Assembly: GCA_963525985.1 (NCBI GenBank)
Contig: CAURMD010000001.1
Span: 11,919-75,918, forward strand
Source of the DNA: an uncultured Streptococcus sp.
GTDB lineage: Bacteria; Bacillota; Bacilli; Lactobacillales; Streptococcaceae
Direction: 5' to 3'
Length of the DNA: 64,000 nt
Within the stretch, counting starts at the first letter, position 1; the number at the start of each line of letters is the position of its first letter. Positions 56,955 to 64,000 of the stretch are shown one piece after another. Made by a program: the position numbers and the translations under genes. The notes beneath the pieces were generated by a model. It had not been told where the DNA came from and ran no database searches. It saw only the letters and a program-made list of their open reading frames with translations.

Positions 56955-57824
56955 ATGGATTTCACATGGGCAATTAAATATGCCACTGAATTTTTGGGAA
57001 CTGCTATTTTGATCATTCTTGGAAATGGTGCAGTTGCTAACGTTGAACTTAAAGGTACGAAAGGTCACCAAAGTGGCTGGATCGTTATCGCTGTTGGTTA
57101 TGGTATGGGGGTTATGATTCCAGCCTTGATGTTTGGTAACGTATCTGGAAACCACATCAACCCAGCCTTCACTCTTGGACTTGCAATCAGTGGTCTCTTC
57201 CCTTGGGCACAAGTTGCGCCTTATATCATCGCACAAGTTTTGGGTGCTATCTTTGGTCAAGCCTTAGTTGTGGCAACACACCGCCCATACTACTTGAAAA
57301 CTGAAAATCCAAACAACATTTTGGGTACTTTCTCAACAATTTCAAGTTTGGATAATGGTACAAAAGAATCACATTTTGCAGCAACTGTTAATGGTTTTGT
57401 AAATGAGTTTGTTGGTTCATTTGTTCTTTTCTTCGCAGCCCTTGGTATGACTAAAAACTTCTTTGGTTCTGAAGTGCTTCAATACATGAAACAAATGGCT
57501 AGTCAAGCAGGTCAAAATGTTGACTTTTCTGATTTAGCAATCAAAGCCCAAGTAGCACCACATACTGCTTCAGGACTTTCAGTAGCTCACTTGGCACTTG
57601 GTTTCCTTGTTATGGCTTTGGTAACATCACTTGGTGGACCTACAGGACCTGCCTTGAACCCAGCCCGTGACTTGGGACCACGTCTCCTTCATGCTTTCCT
57701 TCCAAAATCAGTTCTTGGTGAGCACAAAGGTGATTCAAAATGGTGGTATTCTTGGGTACCAGTAGTAGCACCTATCGCAGCAGCAATTGCGGCAGTAGCT
57801 ATCTTCAAATTCCTTTACCTATAA
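56955..57824 (+). CDS. gla: Aquaglyceroporin (MIP family)
   Basis: Two NPA motifs, NPARD. Confidence 0.92.
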   Translation: MDFTWAIKYATEFLGTAILIILGNGAVANVELKGTKGHQSGWIVIAVGYGMGVMIPALMFGNVSGNHINPAFTLGLAISGLFPWAQVAPYIIAQVLGAIFGQALVVATHRPYYLKTENPNNILGTFSTISSLDNGTKESHFAATVNGFVNEFVGSFVLFFAALGMTKNFFGSEVLQYMKQMASQAGQNVDFSDLAIKAQVAPHTASGLSVAHLALGFLVMALVTSLGGPTGPALNPARDLGPRLLHAFLPKSVLGEHKGDSKWWYSWVPVVAPIAAAIAAVAIFKFLYL

Positions 57825-57950
57825 GAAATTGAAACCGAGGATTTCCTCGGTTTTTTTAGATGGAATTTTTACGAAAAATTGGTAAATTTGAGCATAATAT
57901 CTTGTAAAAAATTCTAAAATCCTATAAAATAAAAAGTGACGGAGGAATTT

Positions 57951-58676
57951 ATGAATGTAAATCAGATTGTACGGATTATTCCTACTTTAAAAGTTAATAA
58001 TAGAAAATTAAATGAAACATTTTATATTGAGACCCTTGGAATGAAGGCCTTGTTAGAGGAGTCAGCCTTTCTGTCACTAGGCGACCAAACAGGTCTTGAA
58101 AAGCTGGTTTTAGAAGAAGCACCAAGCATGCGTACTCGTAAGGTAGAGGGAAGAAAAAAACTAGCTAGATTGATTGTCAAGGTGGAAAATCCCTTGGAAA
58201 TCGAAGGACTCTTATCTAAAACAGATTCGATTCATCGATTATATAAGGGGCAAAATGGCTACGCTTTTGAAATTTTTTCACCAGAAGATGATTTGATTTT
58301 GATTCATGCGGAAGATGATAGAGCAAGTCTAGTAGAAGTAGAAGAAAAACCTGAATTTCAAACAGATTTGGAATCAATTTCTTTGAGTAAATTTGAGATT
58401 TCTATGGAATTACACCTCCCAACTAATATCGAAAGTTTCTTGGAATCATCTGAAATTGGGGAATCCCTTGATTTTATCCCAGCTCAGGGTCAAGATTTGA
58501 CTGTGGACAATGCGATTACTTGGGACTTATCTATGCTCAAGTTATTGGTCAATGAACTAGATATAGCAAGTCTTCGCCAGAAGTTTGAGTCTACCGAATA
58601 TTTTATTCCTAAGTCTGAAAAATTCTTCCTTGGTAAAGATAGAAATAATGTTGAATTGTGGTTTGAAGAAGTATGA
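57951..58676 (+). CDS. cppA: CppA (C3-degrading proteinase-like) protein
   Basis: IPTLKVNNR..N..FY, LEEAPSMRTR as in pneumococcal CppA. Confidence 0.85.
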   Translation: MNVNQIVRIIPTLKVNNRKLNETFYIETLGMKALLEESAFLSLGDQTGLEKLVLEEAPSMRTRKVEGRKKLARLIVKVENPLEIEGLLSKTDSIHRLYKGQNGYAFEIFSPEDDLILIHAEDDRASLVEVEEKPEFQTDLESISLSKFEISMELHLPTNIESFLESSEIGESLDFIPAQGQDLTVDNAITWDLSMLKLLVNELDIASLRQKFESTEYFIPKSEKFFLGKDRNNVELWFEEV

Positions 58677-59608
58677 AGTGGACCAAGATTATTAAAAAAA
58701 TAGAAGAACAAATCGAGGCAGGGATTTATCCCGGAGCCTCTTTTGCGTATTTTAAGGACAATCAATGGACGGAGTTCTATATTGGCCAGAGTAACCCAGA
58801 GTATGGCTTACAGACTGAGGCAGGACTAGTTTATGACCTAGCTAGTGTCAGCAAGGTTGTTGGGGTTGGCACTGTTTTTACCTTCTTGTGGGACAAAGGT
58901 CAATTAGATATTGATAGATCAGTAACCGATTTTTTACCTGAGAGTGACTATCCAGATATCACTATTCGCCAGCTTTTAACACACGCAACAGATCTTGATC
59001 CGTTTATTCCCAATCGTGATCTTTTAACAGCCTCAGAATTAAAGGAAGAGATGCTTCATCTCAACAGACGAAGTCAGCCAGCCTTTCTTTATTCGGATGT
59101 TCATTTTTTGCTGTTGGGCTTTATTTTGGAAAGAATCTTTGATCAAGACTTGGATGTGATTTTACAGGAGCAAGTTTGGAAACCTTGGGGAATGACAGAA
59201 ACCCAGTTTGGACCTGTTGAGCTTGCTGTTCCAACAGTCAGAGGTGTAGAGGCAGGCATCGTGCATGATCCAAAGGCTCGTCTCTTGGGCAGACATGCTG
59301 GTAGTGCTGGTTTGTTTTCGACTGTGAAGGATTTACAAATCTTTTTAGAACACTATTTAGAGGACGATTTTTCAAGAGATTTGGGTCAAAATTTTTCTCC
59401 TTTGGATGACAAGGAACGTTCTTTAGCATGGAATTTGGAAGAAGATTGGCTAGACCATACGGGCTATACAGGTACATTTGTCATGTGGAATCGTCAGAAG
59501 AAAGAAGCGGTCATTTTCCTATCGAATCGTACCTATGAAAAGGATGAGAGGGCTCAATGGATTGTAGACCGCAATCAAGTAATGGATTTGATTCGTAAAG
59601 AAGAGTAA
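58673..59608 (+). CDS. Serine hydrolase (beta-lactamase-related)
   Basis: ASVSK, YSD, HTGYTG. Confidence 0.88.
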   Translation: MKWTKIIKKIEEQIEAGIYPGASFAYFKDNQWTEFYIGQSNPEYGLQTEAGLVYDLASVSKVVGVGTVFTFLWDKGQLDIDRSVTDFLPESDYPDITIRQLLTHATDLDPFIPNRDLLTASELKEEMLHLNRRSQPAFLYSDVHFLLLGFILERIFDQDLDVILQEQVWKPWGMTETQFGPVELAVPTVRGVEAGIVHDPKARLLGRHAGSAGLFSTVKDLQIFLEHYLEDDFSRDLGQNFSPLDDKERSLAWNLEEDWLDHTGYTGTFVMWNRQKKEAVIFLSNRTYEKDERAQWIVDRNQVMDLIRKEE

Positions 59609-59616
59609 GGAGAGAC

Positions 59617-60513
59617 ATGTCAAATAGTTTAAAAGGGACTCTATTAACAGTTGTGGCTGGGATTGCTTGGGGCTTGTCAGGAACGAGTGGCCAATACCTG
59701 ATGGCACACGGAATTTCGGCTCTGGTCTTGACTAACTTACGACTTTTAATCGCTGGTGGGATTCTTATGCTCTTGGCTTATGCTACTGCAAAGGATAGAA
59801 TGCTGGCCTTTTTAACGGATAAGAAGAGTTTGCTGTCTCTTCTTATTTTTGCTCTAATTGGTCTTTTTCTCAACCAATTTGCCTATCTAACTGCTATTCA
59901 GGAAACCAATGCAGGAACCGCGACGGTGCTTCAGTATGTTTGTCCTGTTGGGATTTTGATTTATAGCTGTATCAAGGATAAGGTGGCGCCGACACTGGGA
60001 GAGATTGTTTCTATCATATTAGCTATCGGAGGGACCTTCCTGATCGCAACACATGGGCAGTTGGACCAGTTATCTATGACACCTGCAGGTCTGTTCTGGG
60101 GTCTCTTTTCTGCTCTGACTTACGCCCTGTATATCATTTTGCCCATAGCCTTGATTAAGAAGTGGGGGAGCAGTTTGGTCATTGGTGTGGGAATGGTTAT
60201 AGCAGGTTTGGTCGCCCTTCCTTTTACAGGGGTTCTACAGACTACTATCCCAACAAGTCTTGATTTTCTCCTTGCTTTTGCGGGCATTATTCTTATCGGA
60301 ACTGTCTTTGCCTATACAGCTTTCCTTAAAGGAGCCAGTCTGATAGGACCGGTCAAGTCAAGCTTGTTGGCTTCAATTGAGCCAATCTCGGCGGTTTTCT
60401 TTGCCTTCCTAATTATGAATGAACAATTTTATCCCATTGATTTTCTTGGCATGGCAATGATTTTAATTGCAGTAACTTTGATTTCGTTGAAAGATTTGCT
60501 CTTAGAAAAATAA
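59617..60513 (+). CDS. EamA/DMT transporter
   Basis: Ten hydrophobic helices, duplicated EamA pattern. Confidence 0.9.
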   Translation: MSNSLKGTLLTVVAGIAWGLSGTSGQYLMAHGISALVLTNLRLLIAGGILMLLAYATAKDRMLAFLTDKKSLLSLLIFALIGLFLNQFAYLTAIQETNAGTATVLQYVCPVGILIYSCIKDKVAPTLGEIVSIILAIGGTFLIATHGQLDQLSMTPAGLFWGLFSALTYALYIILPIALIKKWGSSLVIGVGMVIAGLVALPFTGVLQTTIPTSLDFLLAFAGIILIGTVFAYTAFLKGASLIGPVKSSLLASIEPISAVFFAFLIMNEQFYPIDFLGMAMILIAVTLISLKDLLLEK

Positions 60514-60556
60514 AAAAGCCTCTTTGTATGTGACAGAGAGGTTTTATGTAGTATTT

Positions 60557-60708
60557 TATACTCAATGAAAATCAAAGAGCAAACTAGGAAACTAGCCGCA
60601 GGCTGCTCAAAGCACTGCTTTGAGGTTGTAGATAAGACTGACAAAGTCAGTCACATATATAATCCAAGGCGACGTTGACGCGGTTTGAAGAGATTTTCGA
60701 AGAGTATT
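60557..60708 (+). repeat. BOX element (boxA-B-C)
   Basis: TATACTCAATGAAAATCAAAGAGCAAACTAGG...GAAGAGATTTTCGAAGAGTAT. Confidence 0.93.
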
Positions 60709-61405
60709 AATTGTTTTCAAGATAAAATTCAAATCGTTCGCCTACATACTGACTTTTTACGTATTCAAAAGCAGTACCATCTTCTAGGTAGGAAACCTGA
60801 GTTAAACCAAGAATAGCATGTCCTTTTTCAACTTCCAAATAGTGGGCAATTTTTTCTTTAGCAAGGCGAGCATAGATGGTCTGATGTGATTTACCGATAC
60901 GGTAGCCGTGTTTTTGTAGAGTCTGGAAGAAATGACTAGTGATTTCTTCTTTTTTAAAGTCCTTAATGAATTTCTCAGGAATAGAAGCAACTTCATAAAC
61001 CAGAGGGACTTGGTCGGCATAGCGGACCCGTTCCATTCGGATAATATTTTCCGTTGGAGAAATGCCTAACTTGGCAACTTCCTGCTCATTGGGAATGGTT
61101 TTTCTGTAGGAAATGAGCTGGCTAGAGGGTACTTTACCTTGGGACTTAACAATTTCAGTAAAACTGGTTGTCCCTCGCATCTTTTCTTGTACTCGAGTAC
61201 TGGAAACAAAGGTGCCGCTTCCTACACGACGCTCTAAAACGCCTTCTTCGACTAATAGAGATACAGCTTGGCGAAGGGTCATGCGACTGACTGCAAACTG
61301 CTCTGCTAAATCTCGTTCACTGGGAAGTCTCTCACCAATGGCCCAACGATGTTCGTCAATATCCTTTTTAATCTGATCATGGATTTTCATATAAGCAGGT
61401 AGCAT
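60707..61405 (-). CDS. GntR (HutC/UTRA) regulator
   Basis: LPSERDLAEQF.VSRMTLRQA plus UTRA domain. Confidence 0.93.
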   Translation of the reverse strand: MLPAYMKIHDQIKKDIDEHRWAIGERLPSERDLAEQFAVSRMTLRQAVSLLVEEGVLERRVGSGTFVSSTRVQEKMRGTTSFTEIVKSQGKVPSSQLISYRKTIPNEQEVAKLGISPTENIIRMERVRYADQVPLVYEVASIPEKFIKDFKKEEITSHFFQTLQKHGYRIGKSHQTIYARLAKEKIAHYLEVEKGHAILGLTQVSYLEDGTAFEYVKSQYVGERFEFYLENN

Positions 61406-61477
61406 ATTTTTCACTTCATTTCTATCTTTTCTCTATTGTACCCCAATAAACTAGAAAAAGTCAAACTTCGCCTTGTT

Positions 61478-61583
61478 TATACTCTTCGAAAATCTCTTCA
61501 AACCACGTCAGCGTCGCCTTACCGTACTCAAGTACAGCCTGCGGCTAGCTTCCTAGTTTGCTCTTTGATTTTCATTGAGTATT
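61478..61583 (-). repeat. BOX element (boxA-C)
   Basis: Reverse-complement BOX lacking boxB. Confidence 0.92.
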
Positions 61584-61651
61584 AGTTGGTAATTCGGCCT
61601 TATTTGTGATAGAATATTGGAAAAAGATATTTCTTTTGAGAAAGGAAAAAG

Positions 61652-63214
61652 ATGAGCAACATATCAACTGATTTGCAAGATGTAGAAAAAATCATCGTAT
61701 TGGACTATGGTAGCCAGTACAACCAGCTGATTTCACGCCGTATCCGTGAGATTGGTGTTTTTTCAGAACTAAAAAGCCATAAAATTTCAGCTGCTGAAGT
61801 TCGTGAAATCAATCCTGTAGGCATCATCCTTTCAGGTGGTCCAAACTCTGTATACGAAGATGGTTCATTTGATATTGACCCAGAAATCTTCGAACTTGGA
61901 ATTCCTATTTTGGGAATCTGTTACGGAATGCAGTTATTGACCCATAAACTTGGAGGAAAAGTTGTCCCTGCAGGTGACGCTGGAAATCGTGAATACGGTC
62001 AATCAACCCTAACTCACACACCATCAGCGCTTTTTGAATCAACACCTGATGAACAGACTGTATTGATGAGCCATGGTGATGCTGTTACTGAGATTCCTGC
62101 TGACTTTGTTCGTACAGGTACATCAGCTGACTGCCCATACGCAGCCATTGAAAACCCAGATAAACACATTTACGGTATCCAATTCCACCCAGAAGTTCGC
62201 CATTCTGTATACGGAAATGATATCCTTCGTAACTTTGCCCTTAACATCTGTAAGGCTAAAGGCGACTGGTCAATGGATAACTTCATCGATATGCAGATCC
62301 AAAAAATTCGTGAAACCGTCGGTGATAAACGTGTCCTTCTTGGCCTATCAGGTGGGGTTGACTCATCTGTCGTTGGGGTTCTTCTCCAAAAGGCTATTGG
62401 CGATCAATTGATCTGTATCTTCGTAGACCACGGTCTTCTTCGTAAAGGAGAAGCGGACCAAGTTATGGACATGCTTGGTGGTAAGTTTGGTTTGAATATC
62501 GTCAAAGCAGACGCTGCTAAACGTTTCCTTGATAAACTTGCTGGCGTTTCTGACCCAGAACAAAAACGTAAAATCATCGGTAACGAGTTTGTCTATGTCT
62601 TTGATGACGAAGCAAGCAAGCTCAAAGATGTGAAATTCCTTGCTCAAGGAACTCTTTATACAGACGTTATCGAGTCTGGTACGGATACCGCTCAAACTAT
62701 CAAGTCACACCACAACGTGGGTGGTCTTCCAGAAGACATGCAGTTTGAATTGATTGAACCACTCAACACTCTTTATAAAGACGAAGTTCGTGCCCTTGGT
62801 ACAGAGCTTGGTATGCCAGACCATATCGTATGGCGCCAACCATTCCCAGGACCAGGACTTGCTATCCGTGTTATGGGTGAAATCACTGAAGAAAAACTAG
62901 AAACAGTTCGTGAATCAGACGCTATCCTCCGTGAAGAAATTGCCAAAGCTGGCCTTGACCGCGATATCTGGCAATACTTCACAGTGAACACAGGCGTTCG
63001 TTCAGTTGGGGTTATGGGTGACGGTCGTACGTATGACTACACGATTGCAATCCGTGCAATCACCTCTATTGATGGTATGACAGCTGACTTTGCCAAAATT
63101 CCGTGGGATGTCCTTCAAAAAATCTCAGTACGTATCGTAAACGAAGTGGATCATGTTAACCGCATCGTCTACGATATTACAAGTAAACCACCTGCAACCG
63201 TTGAGTGGGAGTAA
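61652..63214 (+). CDS. guaA: GMP synthase
   Basis: [27 protein letters not shown]. Confidence 0.98.
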   Translation: MSNISTDLQDVEKIIVLDYGSQYNQLISRRIREIGVFSELKSHKISAAEVREINPVGIILSGGPNSVYEDGSFDIDPEIFELGIPILGICYGMQLLTHKLGGKVVPAGDAGNREYGQSTLTHTPSALFESTPDEQTVLMSHGDAVTEIPADFVRTGTSADCPYAAIENPDKHIYGIQFHPEVRHSVYGNDILRNFALNICKAKGDWSMDNFIDMQIQKIRETVGDKRVLLGLSGGVDSSVVGVLLQKAIGDQLICIFVDHGLLRKGEADQVMDMLGGKFGLNIVKADAAKRFLDKLAGVSDPEQKRKIIGNEFVYVFDDEASKLKDVKFLAQGTLYTDVIESGTDTAQTIKSHHNVGGLPEDMQFELIEPLNTLYKDEVRALGTELGMPDHIVWRQPFPGPGLAIRVMGEITEEKLETVRESDAILREEIAKAGLDRDIWQYFTVNTGVRSVGVMGDGRTYDYTIAIRAITSIDGMTADFAKIPWDVLQKISVRIVNEVDHVNRIVYDITSKPPATVEWE

Positions 63215-63270
63215 TAGATAAGAGTAACTTAGGCTAAGAATCCTTGATTTAACAGCATGAAGATAATAAA

Positions 63271-63327
63271 ACTCCATAAAATCTGTAGTGGCTAAAATCC
63301 ATCTCAGATTTTATGGAGTCTTTTTTT
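63271..63327 (+). terminator. guaA terminator
   Basis: ACTCCATAAAATCTG/CAGATTTTATGGAGT plus T-run. Confidence 0.8.
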
Positions 63328-63756
63328 GTTTGCTATCAAGCGTGAAATGAAGTTGCTACTTAGTAAATGGGAAATAGAAAGAACTTTCACTCTACAACAA
63401 TTGTGAAGTGAACTTTATCTATCTCTGAGTCTAGAAATTGAAATTTGTAATAAAAATGTTATATTTCACAAAGAACTCCCAATATTTCATGGGGGGGGGT
63501 AAATATGCGTATAACGAGAAAAAATACTTAATAAAATAAATAGTTATTATTTTTGTGTATTTTATTTTGTGATAAATTTATTATTAGCGGCTATTTCTAC
63601 TTTTGCTGTGAAAGAAAACAGTGGATATCTGTTGATTTATATTCAGAAAGTATTAAAATAGTAAAACAGGCTATAATATACACAATTGCTTATGATTTAG
63701 TATATGTTTATTATTGTGTGATAAAAGAACTCAAAAAATAATAAGGGAGAATAGAA

Positions 63757-64000
63757 GTGAAATTCGAAAAACGTCAAAAGTTTGCCATTAGGAAATTCAG
63801 TGTCGGTGTGGCATCTGTTTTGATTGGGCAATTCTTTATTGGTGCTGTAGCCAATGCGCCAGTTGTACGCGCCAGTGAAGTGATTGGTGTCCATGCGGAA
63901 AAGCAAAAGGACCCAGATGCTGAAGTAGCTCAACCCAAGGTAGAAGCAACTACTGTAGACACTGATACGAATCAAGTCGTTCCTAAACCTGAGTCAGATC
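63757..64000 (+). CDS. YSIRK-signal surface protein (5' part)
   Basis: Read by hand from GTG 63757: MKFEKRQKFAIRKFSVGVASVLIG. Confidence 0.88.
   Translation, partial: MKFEKRQKFAIRKFSVGVASVLIGQFFIGAVANAPVVRASEVIGVHAEKQKDPDAEVAQPKVEATTVDTDTNQVVPKPESD

Noticed and set aside
60557..61583. Inverted BOX pair around gntR as a composite mobile or invertible unit
   Set aside because: BOX elements are abundant in mitis-group genomes; no recombinase or target duplication seen
44922..63214. Many short antisense or nested ORFs within host genes
   Set aside because: No SD or motifs; typical shadows of housekeeping genes
63204..63260. Second integrated element at the guaA 3' end
   Set aside because: Known hotspot, but no integrase or partner att repeat is visible in the window

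Overview
Chromosomal window from a mitis-group Streptococcus (LytA-type choline-binding lysin, BOX elements, fruRBA, cppA, guaA). Bases 1-42860 are a nearly complete temperate prophage with a contractile tail (PBSX/Xkd-type, EJ-1-like myovirus architecture). It is integrated at the 3' end of the tmRNA gene (attR core about 42844-42860; attL and the integrase 3' end lie left of the window). Module order: lysogeny, switch, a minimal replication locus, recombination and methylase, late activator, packaging, head, tail, lysis, then a post-lysin accessory block. That block is the most interesting part. It holds (i) a TenpN/ToxN-like toxin behind a single pseudoknotted RNA instead of a tandem-repeat antitoxin and (ii) an anti-CRISPR-like locus with an AcrIIA3-like gene, an unknown acidic 83-aa ORF and an HTH gene, under twin promoters sharing one palindromic operator. 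Other signals: an orphan sRNA near the integrase, a MuF head protein with a toxin-like tip plus a CPCC partner, an overprinted ORF inside the C5 methylase, an apparently +1-frameshifted initiator with iterons, tRNA-like minihelices, and recurrent antisense mini-transcripts. Bases 42861-64000 are mostly ordinary host genes. All family assignments come from motif recognition and memory; no searches were run.
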